This document shows, one piece after another, positions 8,094-19,820 of a stretch of DNA of 46,621 bases (within the stretch, counting starts at the first letter, position 1; each line of letters begins with the position of its first letter). A program made the translations under genes and the position numbers. Location of the stretch: NCBI GenBank assembly GCA_017462615.1, contig JAFTQT010000078.1, positions 1 to 46,621 of the forward strand. The letters are read 5' to 3'. The notes below the pieces were generated by a model that saw only the letters and a program-made list of their open reading frames with translations, did not search any database and was not told the DNA's origin. This DNA comes from Clostridia bacterium. GTDB lineage: Bacteria > Bacillota > Clostridia > Oscillospirales > CAG-272.

Positions 8094-9419
8094 TTAGTAG
8101 GGAGCGGGCACGCCAAGGAGGGCGGCCAGCAGAGCGGCACCGTCGTTTTTCACGGTTTGGAGGGGGACGGAAAGTTGGGTGGAAAGCTCCTGTGGCGTCA
8201 TGCCGCACAGGAAAAGATCCCGCTCGGCGCGCAGGGTGTTTTCGGAAATGAGCAGCGCGTCACCAAGGGTCTTGCCCTGTAGCTGCTCAGCCATATCCTT
8301 GCCCGTCAGCAGCCCCGCCACGGTGATCTCGGGGCCGAAGAAGTTGTTTTCAATTTCAAATACCTGCACGGAAAGCCACGACACGCGGGCGGTGAGCATT
8401 TCGGAAAGCAGGCGGAGCGTGGGTGCGGCCGCTTTGCCGGTGGCGATCGATACCGTGCGGTGCGTGGGAGGATTTTGGGGGAGATAATCGGTCAGATATT
8501 CCAGCTCCGCGGCGAATTCCGCCATCAAGGAGCGAAGCAATCCCACGCCGTTTTCGATCTGCTCGTAGTCGCCGTAGTAGCTTTCCTCGGGCAAGGGAAG
8601 CCCCGCCTTGAGGTAAAACTCGTCCGCGCAGCAAAAGAGGCGGTTGCCGGTTTCCTGCTCCAAGCGGTCGCCCACGGCGTTGACCTGTGCGATGACGGCA
8701 CGACATTCCTCCGGGGTGAAGGGGGTGAGGGGATAAAGCCCCTCGCGATAGCGGGTAAGTCCCGCCGGCACCACGGAAACGCTGGAGAGGGCAGGGGAGT
8801 GCGCGGCGAGATCGGTCATGGTGCTGTCAAGCTCCGCGCCGTCGTTGACGCCGCGGCAGAGCACGATCTGTCCGCAAAGGCGGATGCCCGCCTCCGCCAG
8901 ACGGGTGAGGTAGGAGAGCACCTCGCCGGCGCGGCGATTTTTCATCATGTCGCACCGCAGCGTGGGATTGGTGGTGTGCACCGATACGTTGACGGGGGAA
9001 ATGTGCATTTTGATGATGCGGTCGATATCCTTGTCCCGCAGGTTGGTGAGGGTGATATAATTGCCGTGGAGGAAGGAAAGGCGAGCGTCGTCGTCCTTGA
9101 AATAGAGGGTCTCACGCAGACCCTTCGGAAGCTGGTCGATAAAGCAGAAGATGCATTTGTTTTGGCAGCGCTGCTTTTTGTCCATCAGGGGTGTTTCGAA
9201 ATCGAGACCGATATCGTCGTATTCCGCCTTGCGGATGGCGAGGGAAAGGGTGGCCCCTCCCCGCCGGAGAGTGAGGGTGACGGCTTTTTCGGCCAGATAA
9301 AAGCGGTAATCCAGCACGTCCTCAATTTCGCTTCCGTTGATGGCGATCAGTACGTCGCCGGGCAGCACGCCGGCCTTTTCCGCGAGACTCCGGGGCTCTA
9401 CCGCGCAAATTTTGACCAT
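8094..9419 (-). CDS. DUF512-family PDZ plus radical-SAM-like Fe-S protein
   Basis: N-terminal PDZ-like segment, CQNKCIFC (CxxxCxxC), YFKDDD, QIENGVG. Start moved to MVKICAVE at 9419 behind a purine-rich RBS. Confidence 0.88.
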   Translation of the reverse strand: MVKICAVEPRSLAEKAGVLPGDVLIAINGSEIEDVLDYRFYLAEKAVTLTLRRGGATLSLAIRKAEYDDIGLDFETPLMDKKQRCQNKCIFCFIDQLPKGLRETLYFKDDDARLSFLHGNYITLTNLRDKDIDRIIKMHISPVNVSVHTTNPTLRCDMMKNRRAGEVLSYLTRLAEAGIRLCGQIVLCRGVNDGAELDSTMTDLAAHSPALSSVSVVPAGLTRYREGLYPLTPFTPEECRAVIAQVNAVGDRLEQETGNRLFCCADEFYLKAGLPLPEESYYGDYEQIENGVGLLRSLMAEFAAELEYLTDYLPQNPPTHRTVSIATGKAAAPTLRLLSEMLTARVSWLSVQVFEIENNFFGPEITVAGLLTGKDMAEQLQGKTLGDALLISENTLRAERDLFLCGMTPQELSTQLSVPLQTVKNDGAALLAALLGVPAPY

Positions 9420-9461
9420 ATCCTCGCCTCCTTCTCGTTGCAAAATATCCTTAACTAATCT

Positions 9462-9490
9462 ATTATATCACATTTTTGCCGATTTGTCAA
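9462..9490 (-). promoter_or_regulatory. Sigma-A promoter of the DUF512-der-obg-ppa operon
   Basis: Minus strand TTGACA (9490-9485), 17 nt, TGaTATAAT. Confidence 0.8.
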
Positions 9491-9658
9491 AGGGCGCGGC
9501 GGGATTTTTCAAAAGTCACACTTTGGCAATGGTTGTTTGCAAAATATTAACAAAATGCCCATATGCAGTTCATCAATTTTCCGTATTCTGTGTATAGAAT
9601 CACCAAAGGGAACGAGCGGAATTCACATTTATCTTGATATTATTGTAAGGAGGACGCT

Positions 9659-10468
9659 ATGAAAAGAATTTTTTCGCTGTTGCTTGCTATTTTGCTATGC
9701 GCCCTGCCGCTTGTGGGGTGCGGACTCGCCGAGGAGGGCGGGGAGGAGCGGCCCGGTGTGGAAAATGGAAAAGAAAACTCCGCCGCGAAGGATGAGGGAA
9801 AGCTGCCGGATATAGATCTGATTGGCGGCGTATCTCTTGTGGGCTTCAAGCAGGTGCTGGATGAGGAGAATATGGTGCCGGGCATCGGGCAGGGAGATTT
9901 CATTCAGCAAATGGGAGAGTATAAATATGCCGAGTGGGACGAGTCGGTTTCCCTTTCCGGTGTTTTTTATGACGGTTACGATGGATGCGGCTACCACAGC
10001 ACCGGCCCGTATTTTGGGGTTCAAAACGATGTGTTCAGACCGCAGCCGGATTTGGTATCGAAATATTGCTACACCAATTCCTTCTATGCCAGGATGGAAA
10101 TGATCGGTCTTTCGATGCCCTACGGCATCGGCTTTGCGGACACGATGACGGATGCCTTGACCAAAATCGGCATTGATGAGGGACGGCGCAACGTCATTCT
10201 TGGCGATCTCGAAAAGATCAAGGCGGAGGAGACCTTGGCGCTTTATCAAAAGGAGAACGTATCGCTATGGTTGAAAAAAGACGTGGTTACAGTTCAAGCC
10301 GACGGCGTCGTTCATAAAAAGGATGGCTACGCTCTCACCTACCGGGAGACCTCTCCCATCGTCCGTGGCGACGGTGAGCCGGGAACGGTTATCCGCGAGG
10401 TGCGCTTGCGCTTCCTTGCCGGCGGTGCACTGAATGAGATCTATTTTTCGGTGCAGGAGAATTACTGA
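9659..10468 (+). CDS. Lipoprotein of unknown function, paralog 1
   Basis: RBS AGGAGG, signal peptide with lipobox LVGC, clearly homologous to the next gene. Confidence 0.85.
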   Translation: MKRIFSLLLAILLCALPLVGCGLAEEGGEERPGVENGKENSAAKDEGKLPDIDLIGGVSLVGFKQVLDEENMVPGIGQGDFIQQMGEYKYAEWDESVSLSGVFYDGYDGCGYHSTGPYFGVQNDVFRPQPDLVSKYCYTNSFYARMEMIGLSMPYGIGFADTMTDALTKIGIDEGRRNVILGDLEKIKAEETLALYQKENVSLWLKKDVVTVQADGVVHKKDGYALTYRETSPIVRGDGEPGTVIREVRLRFLAGGALNEIYFSVQENY

Positions 10469-10560
10469 GCAAAAGGGTGTGCGGCAGGCTTTCCTGCGAC
10501 GGCATGGACACAGGATGCATTTGTGTGTAGATGAAGCAATTTGCTTGAAAGGAGGACGCT

Positions 10561-11427
10561 ATGAAAAGAATTTTTTCGCTGTTGCTTGCTATTTTGCTAT
10601 GCGCCCTGCCGCTCGTAGGGTGCGGACTCGCCGAGGAGGGCGGGGTGAAACCTCCTAACGAGGGTGGAAACGAGCCTTCTGCCGAGGAGAACGGCGACGA
10701 GCCTTCTGTTGAGGAGGATGGAGGGGATCAGGTTGAAATCGACCGCATTGGCGGCGTGTCGCTTGCGGCCTTCAGCGCGGTTTTGGATGCGGAAAATATG
10801 ACTCCAGGTATCGGGCAGGGAGATTTTATTAAGCAAATGGGAAAATACAAATATCCTGCGGAGATCCAAGCCGAATTGGATGCCGGCCCTGCTTCCATTG
10901 GAGGTGTTCATCGCGATGGCTTCGACCAAAACACCAACTGCTTTACCTACGGTTATCATCATAACGGTTTGTATTTCGGGTATGAAAACGATGGCCGCTG
11001 GGCTTTGGGGTCGGAGGAATCTCACCGTACCAACTCTTTCTATGCAAGGGTGGTAATGAACGGTCTGACGATGCCCTACAGTGTTGATTTTGATGACACG
11101 TTGAACGATGTTTTTTGCAAAATAGGCATCGATGAGGCGCGGTATGCCGATATTCTTTCCGATTTTGAAAAGCTTGAGCAGACGGAGTCCTTGACGCTTT
11201 ACCAAAAGGATCACGTATCGTTGCAGTTACATAAAGGCGTGATCACGGTGGCAAAGGACGGCGAAAAAAGCCGCGAGGACGGCTATCTTCTCATCTATAG
11301 CGAGACCTCCCCTTTCACTTCACAGGGCGGGGAAGTCGGCACGGCCACGCGCAGTGTGCACTTGCGCTTCCTTGCCGGCGGTGCACTGAGCGAAATATAT
11401 TTTTCCGTGCAGGAGGATTATGTCTGA
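10561..11427 (+). CDS. Lipoprotein of unknown function, paralog 2
   Basis: First 28 aa identical to paralog 1, lipobox LVGC, shared PGIGQGDFI, TNSFYAR and LRFLAGGAL motifs. Confidence 0.85.
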   Translation: MKRIFSLLLAILLCALPLVGCGLAEEGGVKPPNEGGNEPSAEENGDEPSVEEDGGDQVEIDRIGGVSLAAFSAVLDAENMTPGIGQGDFIKQMGKYKYPAEIQAELDAGPASIGGVHRDGFDQNTNCFTYGYHHNGLYFGYENDGRWALGSEESHRTNSFYARVVMNGLTMPYSVDFDDTLNDVFCKIGIDEARYADILSDFEKLEQTESLTLYQKDHVSLQLHKGVITVAKDGEKSREDGYLLIYSETSPFTSQGGEVGTATRSVHLRFLAGGALSEIYFSVQEDYV

Positions 11428-11591
11428 ACGTGGAAGTATTGTGGCAAGCGTTGGCTTAATGGTATAACGGCACTTGCATTTTTATCCATTCCGCGCCGCA
11501 TTTTTATGAAAAAACAATGCCTCCGCCGCCGGCGGGGGCGGAAAGCGCAGATCTTTTTGTGATTTTTATGCAAAAAAATCGCGAAAAAGTA

Positions 11592-11620
11592 TTGACAAGC
11601 AAAACCGAGTGTGCTATACT
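11592..11620 (+). promoter_or_regulatory. Sigma-A promoter of the ilv-leu operon
   Basis: TTGACA (11592-11597), 17 nt, TGcTATACT. Confidence 0.85.
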
Positions 11621-11651
11621 ATTTACAATCTTTTTTTAGAGGTGCAGAAAA

Positions 11652-11792
11652 ATGGCCTTTGCATGTGCAAATATCATCGTCGCCATTCTAAGCGCTATTC
11701 TAATTCTAATCGTACGAGTCGTACGCGAGAATGAGGATAGTGCTGAAAGTTGCGCCTTGATTTGCAAAGCAGAGGAGCATCCCGCCGTATAA
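11652..11792 (+). CDS. Putative ilv-leu attenuator leader peptide, 46 aa (MAFACANIIVAILSAILILIVRVVRENEDSAESCALICKAEEHPAV)
   Basis: RBS GAGGTG, ATG at 11652. 13 of codons 8-24 are Ile/Leu/Val and all three Leu codons there are CTA. It lies between the promoter and a terminator upstream of ilvB. Confidence 0.8.
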   Translation: MAFACANIIVAILSAILILIVRVVRENEDSAESCALICKAEEHPAV

Positions 11793-11850
11793 GTGTCGTG
11801 TATTTTATCATACCACACTCGGCCGGATGAATAGTCTTTCGTTGATTGCA

Positions 11851-11892
11851 AGCCTTACGGTCTCACTTTCAGACCGTAAGGCTATTATTTTT
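11851..11892 (+). terminator. Attenuator terminator upstream of ilvB
   Basis: agccttacggtct-cactttc-agaccgtaaggct followed by attattttt. Confidence 0.8.
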
Positions 11893-11933
11893 GAAATCCA
11901 AAATGCTCATTCCCTGTAAAGGAGGATATGAAA

Positions 11934-13643
11934 ATGAAATTAACCGGCGCGCAAATTCTGATGGAGTGCTTGCTGGAGCAAGAGGTGGACACCATCTTCG
12001 GCTACCCCGGCGGCACCATTCTCAACGTTTACGACGCTTTGTACCGCTACAGCGACAAGATCAAGCACGTGCTGACCGCCCACGAGCAGGGCGCGGCGCA
12101 CGCCGCTGACGGCTACGCCAGAAGCACCGGCAAGGTGGGCGTATGCTTCGCCACCTCCGGCCCCGGCGCCACCAATCTGACTACCGGTATCGCCACCGCC
12201 CATATGGATTCTTCCCCCGTGGTGTTCATTTCCTGTAACGTGCCCCGCGGCCTCATTGGAAAGGATTCCTTCCAGGAGGTGGATATTACGGGTATCACCA
12301 TGCCTATTACCAAATGCAACTACATCGTGGATGACGTGACGAAGCTGGCCGATACCGTCAGAGCCGCCTTTGCCATCGCCAAAAGCGGCAGACCCGGCCC
12401 TGTATTCATCGATATTCTGAAGGATGCCACCGGTGCCAAGTGCGAGTTTGAGCCTTTGCCCCGTGATCAGCATTACAGCCAGGGCAAGCTTGGCTCCATG
12501 ATGCGTCGCTCCTCTCAGAATTTCAAAGCACCCGAGGTCAATGTGAAGGATATCGAGACCTTAGCGGAGATGATCAAGAAATCCGAAAAGCCCCTGCTGA
12601 TCTGCGGCGGCGGCGTGGTGCGTGGCCGTGCTCACAAGGAGTTTTTGGAATTTGCCGAGAAGATCGACTCCCCTGTTGCCATTACCCTGATGGGTGCGGG
12701 CGGCATTTGCGGCAGAAATCCTCTTGCCACGGGCATGATCGGCATGCACGGCACCCAGGCCTCCAATATGGCCTGCGACGCTTGCGACCTGCTGATCTCC
12801 GTGGGCTGCCGCTTCTCGGATCGCGTGGCGCTGGCCCCCAAGACCTTTGCCAAGCAAGCCAAGGTGGTGCAGATCGACATTGACCGTGCCGAGATCAACA
12901 AAAACGTGAAGACCGATCATCATATCGTAGGTGATGCCAAGCGTGTGCTTGCCATGCTGAACGAAATGGTAGAGCCGGCAGATCACAGCGAGTGGAAGAA
13001 ATACGTCTTCTCCTTCAAGACCGAGACCGAGTACGACGAGGGCGGCGAGACCCTGACGCCCAAGCAGATCCTGACCTCCATCGCTAAGCTCCTGCCCCAG
13101 AATACGGTGGTGGCAACCGACGTGGGTCAGCATCAGATGTGGGCCATTCAGCACTTCCGCTTTGATTATCCCGGTCAGCTCCTCACCTCCGGCGGCTTTG
13201 GTACCATGGGCTTCGGTCTCGGTGCCGCCATCGGTGCCAAGATGGGCAATCCCGATAAGACGGTTATCCACATCACCGGCGACGGTAGCTTTCGCATGAA
13301 CTGCAACGAGCTTGCCACCGTGCAGGATTACGGCGTGCCGATCATTACCTTTGTATTTAACAACAACACCCTCGGCATGGTGCGCCAGTGGCAGACCCTC
13401 ATTTACGACAAGCGGTATTCCGAGACCACCCTCAAGCACCGCGGCCCCGACTTTGTGGCGCTGGCCAAGTCCTACGGCCTCGGCGGTGCCCACGTGACCA
13501 ACGTGGCGGAGCTGGAGGCGGCCATTCATGAGGCCATGGCTTGCGGTCACGGCTACGTGATCGACTGTGCCATTGATATGGATGAGAAGGTGCGGCCCAT
13601 GGTAGGCGGTGGCTCTCATATCACCGACTTTATGCTTTCCTGA
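11934..13643 (+). CDS. ilvB: Acetolactate synthase large subunit
   Basis: FGYPGG, HEQGAAHAADGYAR, TSGPGATN, DVGQHQMW, GDGSF...NN TPP motif. RBS spacing favours ATG 11934 over 11928. Confidence 0.96.
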   Translation: MKLTGAQILMECLLEQEVDTIFGYPGGTILNVYDALYRYSDKIKHVLTAHEQGAAHAADGYARSTGKVGVCFATSGPGATNLTTGIATAHMDSSPVVFISCNVPRGLIGKDSFQEVDITGITMPITKCNYIVDDVTKLADTVRAAFAIAKSGRPGPVFIDILKDATGAKCEFEPLPRDQHYSQGKLGSMMRRSSQNFKAPEVNVKDIETLAEMIKKSEKPLLICGGGVVRGRAHKEFLEFAEKIDSPVAITLMGAGGICGRNPLATGMIGMHGTQASNMACDACDLLISVGCRFSDRVALAPKTFAKQAKVVQIDIDRAEINKNVKTDHHIVGDAKRVLAMLNEMVEPADHSEWKKYVFSFKTETEYDEGGETLTPKQILTSIAKLLPQNTVVATDVGQHQMWAIQHFRFDYPGQLLTSGGFGTMGFGLGAAIGAKMGNPDKTVIHITGDGSFRMNCNELATVQDYGVPIITFVFNNNTLGMVRQWQTLIYDKRYSETTLKHRGPDFVALAKSYGLGGAHVTNVAELEAAIHEAMACGHGYVIDCAIDMDEKVRPMVGGGSHITDFMLS

Positions 13644-13656
13644 AAGGAGATGCAGT

Positions 13657-15208
<1,552 letters not shown>

Positions 15209-15218
15209 GAAACCGATT

Positions 15219-15249
15219 TTTTCCACGGCGGCAACGCCGCCGTGGAAAA
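15219..15249. other. Intra-operon stem-loop after ilvC
   Basis: Perfect 14-bp stem ttttccacggcggc-aac-gccgccgtggaaaa. Confidence 0.6.
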
Positions 15250-15325
15250 GTAAATTCTTTTTCGATGAGGCACGTGGCAACGTACCCCATCCAAAGAAAA
15301 TTTGCACCCTCACGGAGGTAAGAAT

Positions 15326-16987
15326 ATGTTTTCCGATCAAATCAAAAAGGGCGTAGAGCGCACGCCCAACAGAAGCCTTTTGTATGCCCTGGGTCTCACC
15401 GATGAGGAGCTTTCCCGTCCCATTGTCGGCATCGTTTCCTCCCACAACGAGATCGTGCCCGGCCATATGCACCTGGACAAGATCGCCGAGGCGGTCAAGG
15501 CGGGTGTCCGCGCCGCAGGCGGCACACCCATTATGTTCCCTGCCATTGCCGTTTGCGACGGTATTGCCATGGGTCACGTGGGCATGAAGTATTCTCTGGT
15601 GACCCGCGACCTGATCGCCGACTCCACCGAGGCTATGGTGATGGCGCATCAGTTTGACGGCCTCGTCATGATTCCCAACTGCGATAAGAACGTGCCCGGC
15701 CTTCTGATGGCGGCGGCACGTCTCAATATCCCCACGATTTTCTGCTCCGGTGGCCCCATGCTGGCCGGACGTCTGCAGGATGGCAGACGTACCTGCCTTT
15801 CTCATATGTTTGAGGCGGTGGGTGCCTACCACGCAGGCACGCTGGACGAGGCGGGTGTTTCGGATTATACCGAAAACGCTTGCCCCAGTTGCGGCTCCTG
15901 CTCCGGTATGTATACCGCAAATTCCATGAACTGCCTCACCGAGGCCATCGGCATGGCGCTGGCCGGAAACGGCACCGTGCCCGCACCCTTTTCTGCCCGT
16001 ATCCGGCTTGCCAAGCACGCCGGTATGCAGATCATGGAGCTGATTCACAAGAACATCCGTCCGCGCGATATCATGACCGAGGCCGCCTTCCACAACGCGG
16101 AGACCGTGGATATGGCGCTGGGCTGTTCCACCAATACCATGCTGCACCTGCCCGCCATTGCCCACGAGGCCGGTGTGGAGATCAGCCTGGATATGTCCAA
16201 TCAGATCAGCGCCAACACCCCCAACCTCTGCCATCTGGCACCGGCCGGTGATACCTTTATGGAGGATCTTGACCGTGCAGGCGGCGTTTCGGCGGTGATG
16301 AAGGAGCTTTGCAAAAAGAATCTGCTGCACACCTCGGTGATGACCGTGACCGGCAAGACGTTGGCCGAGAATCTGGAAAGTGTGCAGAACCGTGATCCCG
16401 AGATCATCCGCCCCATCGAGAATCCCTATTCCCAGAGCGGCGGCATCGCCGTGCTGAAGGGCAATCTCGCCCCCGATGGCTGTGTGGTGAAGCAGTCTGC
16501 CGTTGCCCCCGAAATGATGCAGCACGAGGGCCCCACCCGGGTGTTCGATTCCGAGGAGGAGGCCATCAAGTCCATCTATGCCGGTGAGATCAAGGCCGGT
16601 GACGTGGTGGTGATCCGCTATGAGGGCCCGAAGGGCGGCCCCGGTATGCGGGAAATGCTGAACCCCACCTCTGCCATTTGCGGCATGGGGCTTGGTGAGA
16701 GCGTCGCGCTCATCACCGACGGTCGCTTCTCCGGTGCCACACGTGGCGCGGCCATTGGTCACGTCAGCCCCGAGGCTGCTGCCGGTGGCAACATCGCACT
16801 GGTACAGGAGGGCGATATCATTTCCATTGACATTAAGGCCTGCCGTGTAGAGCTGAAGGTCTCCGACGAGGAGCTGGCCGCTCGCCGCGCCGCTTGGGTC
16901 TGCCCCGAGCCCAAGGTGAAGACCGGATATCTCGCCCGCTACGCCAAGCTGGTCTCCTCTGCCGATAAGGGCGCCATTCTCAACTGA
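15326..16987 (+). CDS. ilvD: Dihydroxy-acid dehydratase
   Basis: [55 protein letters not shown] before ATG 15326. Confidence 0.97.
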   Translation: MFSDQIKKGVERTPNRSLLYALGLTDEELSRPIVGIVSSHNEIVPGHMHLDKIAEAVKAGVRAAGGTPIMFPAIAVCDGIAMGHVGMKYSLVTRDLIADSTEAMVMAHQFDGLVMIPNCDKNVPGLLMAAARLNIPTIFCSGGPMLAGRLQDGRRTCLSHMFEAVGAYHAGTLDEAGVSDYTENACPSCGSCSGMYTANSMNCLTEAIGMALAGNGTVPAPFSARIRLAKHAGMQIMELIHKNIRPRDIMTEAAFHNAETVDMALGCSTNTMLHLPAIAHEAGVEISLDMSNQISANTPNLCHLAPAGDTFMEDLDRAGGVSAVMKELCKKNLLHTSVMTVTGKTLAENLESVQNRDPEIIRPIENPYSQSGGIAVLKGNLAPDGCVVKQSAVAPEMMQHEGPTRVFDSEEEAIKSIYAGEIKAGDVVVIRYEGPKGGPGMREMLNPTSAICGMGLGESVALITDGRFSGATRGAAIGHVSPEAAAGGNIALVQEGDIISIDIKACRVELKVSDEELAARRAAWVCPEPKVKTGYLARYAKLVSSADKGAILN

Positions 16988-17001
16988 CAGGAGCTTTTGA
17001 C

Positions 17002-18546
17002 ATGAGTGACAGAGTAAAAATATTTGATACCACCCTGCGTGACGGTGAGCAGTCCCCCGGCTGCAGCATGAATCTTTCGGAAAAGATCGAGGTTGCCCGT
17101 CAGCTGGAGAAAATGAAGGTGGACGTCATCGAGGCGGGCTTTGCTATCTCCTCCCCCGGTGATTTTGAGTCGGTGAGTACCATCGCCAAAACCGTCAAGG
17201 ATTGCTCGGTAGCGTCTCTTGCCCGTTCTACCGTCAAGGATATTGACGCTGCGTGGGAGGCCGTGAAGGTAGCTGCCGATCCCCCTATCCATCTGTTTAT
17301 TGCTACCTCGCCCCTGCATATGGAGTACAAGCTCCGTATGACCCCGGAGCAGGTGCTCTGCAAGACCGCCGAAATGGTGGCGTATGCGAAAAAGTACTGC
17401 TCCAATATTGAATTTTCCGCCGAGGATGCTACCCGCAGTGATTGGGAGTTCCTGGCCAAGGTGGTGAACGTGGCCATCGCCAACGGTGCCACCGTCATCA
17501 ACCTGCCCGATACCGTGGGCTACACCACTCCCAATGAGATGCGTGAGCTGATCGAATATATGGTGAAGAACACCGATCACGCCGGCAGAGCCGAGTTCTC
17601 GGTGCATTGCCACAACGACCTGGGTATGGCTGTTGCAAACTCTCTTGCAGGCGTGCTGGGCGGTGCCCGTCAGATCGAATGTACCGTCAACGGCCTCGGC
17701 GAGCGTGCCGGCAACACCGCCCTTGAGGAGGTGGTTATGGCCATGCACACCCGTCCCGATCTCTTCGGCGATCTGCATACCGGCATTGAGACCACCCGTA
17801 TTTATCGCGCCAGCCGTGCCGTTTACAACATCATTGGTCAAAGCGCACCTCTCAATAAGCCCATCGTGGGCAAAAATGCGTTCCTGCACGAGTCGGGTAT
17901 TCACCAGCACGGCGTTCTCGCCAACAAAAAGACCTATGAGATCCTCACTCCCGAGTCGGTGGGTATCGTGGCCAACAATCTGGTGCTGGGCAAGCACTCC
18001 GGCAAGCACGCCTTTGAAAGCCGCCTCAACGAGCTTGGCTATCACCTCTCTCCCGAGGATCTGATCGCCTGCTTTGAGGAATTCAAGACCCTCTGCGACA
18101 AGAAAAAGACCATCAGCGATGAGGATATCGAGGCCATTGTGCTCCATAAGACCACCCTGGAGGGGATGTCCGAGGAGGAAGGCTACCACCTGGATCGCTT
18201 TGTGGTACATACCAGTAACTACACCACCTCCACCAGCACCGTCAGCCTCAAAAAGGGCGATGAGTTGTTTGAGGAGGTCAGCCTCGGTGACGGTCCCATC
18301 GATGCCTCCTTTAAGGCCATCGACAAGATCGTGAACCCGGAGGCGCATACCTTTAAGACCTACACCATCAACTCCATTTCGGAGGGCAAGGATACCCTTG
18401 GCGACGTTACCGTGCGGCTGGCCGCAGGCGGTCGCACCTTTACGGGCAAGGGACTTTCCACGGATATTATCGAGGCGAGTATCCTCGCCTACATCAACGC
18501 CATCAATAAGATGCAATTTGCCATGGCAAAGGCAAAGGAGGACTAA
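17002..18546 (+). CDS. leuA: 2-isopropylmalate synthase
   Basis: FDTTLRDGEQSPG, HCHNDLG, GLGERAGN, HESGIHQHG, C-terminal regulatory domain. Confidence 0.96.
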   Translation: MSDRVKIFDTTLRDGEQSPGCSMNLSEKIEVARQLEKMKVDVIEAGFAISSPGDFESVSTIAKTVKDCSVASLARSTVKDIDAAWEAVKVAADPPIHLFIATSPLHMEYKLRMTPEQVLCKTAEMVAYAKKYCSNIEFSAEDATRSDWEFLAKVVNVAIANGATVINLPDTVGYTTPNEMRELIEYMVKNTDHAGRAEFSVHCHNDLGMAVANSLAGVLGGARQIECTVNGLGERAGNTALEEVVMAMHTRPDLFGDLHTGIETTRIYRASRAVYNIIGQSAPLNKPIVGKNAFLHESGIHQHGVLANKKTYEILTPESVGIVANNLVLGKHSGKHAFESRLNELGYHLSPEDLIACFEEFKTLCDKKKTISDEDIEAIVLHKTTLEGMSEEEGYHLDRFVVHTSNYTTSTSTVSLKKGDELFEEVSLGDGPIDASFKAIDKIVNPEAHTFKTYTINSISEGKDTLGDVTVRLAAGGRTFTGKGLSTDIIEASILAYINAINKMQFAMAKAKED

Positions 18547-18549
18547 AAG

Positions 18550-19818
18550 ATGGGCATGACCATGACACAAAAGATTCTCGCCGCCCACGCGGGGCTCACC
18601 GAGGTAAAGGCGGGAGATCTGATCGAAGCAAAGCTGGATATTGTGCTCGGCAACGACGTTACCACCCCCGTGGCGGTGGACGTGTTCGACAAGGCAGGCT
18701 TTCAAAGGGTGTTTGACAAGGACAAGATCGCCATCGTGCTGGACCACTACACTCCCTGCAAGGATATCAAATCCGCAGAGCTTTGCGCCACCGCGAGAAA
18801 TTTCGCCAAGCGCTTTGATATCACCCACTTCTATGACGTGGGTAACGTAGGCATCGAGCATGCACTCCTGCCCGAAAAGGGCATTGTGGGCCCCGGCGAT
18901 ATGATCATCGGCGCGGATTCTCACACCTGCACCTACGGTGCCCTGGGTGCCTTTTCCACCGGTGTGGGCTCCACCGACATGGCCGCCGGTATGGCAACGG
19001 GCGAGAACTGGTTCAAGGTTCCCTCCGCCATCAAGGTGACGCTTGTGGGCAAATTTCGCCCCCACGTCAGCGGCAAGGATGTGATCCTGCACCTCATCGG
19101 TCTCATTGGTGTGGACGGCGCGCTGTATAAGTCCCTCGAATTCGTGGGAGAGGGCGTGGCGGAGCTGACGATGGACGACCGTTTCACCATTGCCAACATG
19201 GCCATTGAGGCCGGTGCCAAAAACGGCATTTTCCCCGTGGACGACAAGACCCTTGATTACGTAAAGGGACGCTTTACCCGTGAGATCAAAATTTATGAGG
19301 CCGATGCCGACGCGGTTTACGAGCAGGAGGTCGTCATTGACCTGAACACCCTGAAGCCCACGGTTTCTCTGCCCCATCTGCCCTCCAACACCAAGACGGT
19401 GGACGAGGTCAGCGGTCTTGCCATCGACCAGGTGGTGATCGGCTCCTGCACCAACGGACGCATTTCCGATATGCGGATCGCCGCCGAGATCCTGAAGGGT
19501 CGGAAGGTAGCAAAGAACGTGCGTTGCATCGTCATCCCCGCTACCCAAGAGGTCTATATGCAGTGCGTGAAGGAGGGGCTTGCCGAAATCTTCATTGAGG
19601 CCGGCTGTGCACTTTCCACCCCCACCTGCGGTCCTTGTCTTGGCGGACATATGGGCTGTATGGCCGCAGGCGAGCGCGCCGTTGCCACCACCAACCGTAA
19701 TTTCGTAGGTCGTATGGGTCACGTGAAGAGTGAGGTCATTCTCGCCTCTCCCGCCGTTGCCGCCGCTTCCGCCGTGAAGGGCGCGGTCGCTTGCCCCTGC
19801 GAGCTTGAGGAGGTATAA
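18550..19818 (+). CDS. leuC: 3-isopropylmalate dehydratase large subunit (short LeuC/HacA type)
   Basis: [33 protein letters not shown]; operon context. Confidence 0.94.
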   Translation: MGMTMTQKILAAHAGLTEVKAGDLIEAKLDIVLGNDVTTPVAVDVFDKAGFQRVFDKDKIAIVLDHYTPCKDIKSAELCATARNFAKRFDITHFYDVGNVGIEHALLPEKGIVGPGDMIIGADSHTCTYGALGAFSTGVGSTDMAAGMATGENWFKVPSAIKVTLVGKFRPHVSGKDVILHLIGLIGVDGALYKSLEFVGEGVAELTMDDRFTIANMAIEAGAKNGIFPVDDKTLDYVKGRFTREIKIYEADADAVYEQEVVIDLNTLKPTVSLPHLPSNTKTVDEVSGLAIDQVVIGSCTNGRISDMRIAAEILKGRKVAKNVRCIVIPATQEVYMQCVKEGLAEIFIEAGCALSTPTCGPCLGGHMGCMAAGERAVATTNRNFVGRMGHVKSEVILASPAVAAASAVKGAVACPCELEEV

Positions 19819-19820
19819 CG

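Noticed and set aside
5035-9458. Plus-strand ORFs of 578, 343 and 332 aa
   Set aside because: Antisense to ppa/obg, der and the DUF512 gene.
11620-11930. T-box riboswitch expected upstream of ilvB
   Set aside because: No GGTGGNACC T-box sequence or recognisable specifier stem; a leader ORF explains the region better.
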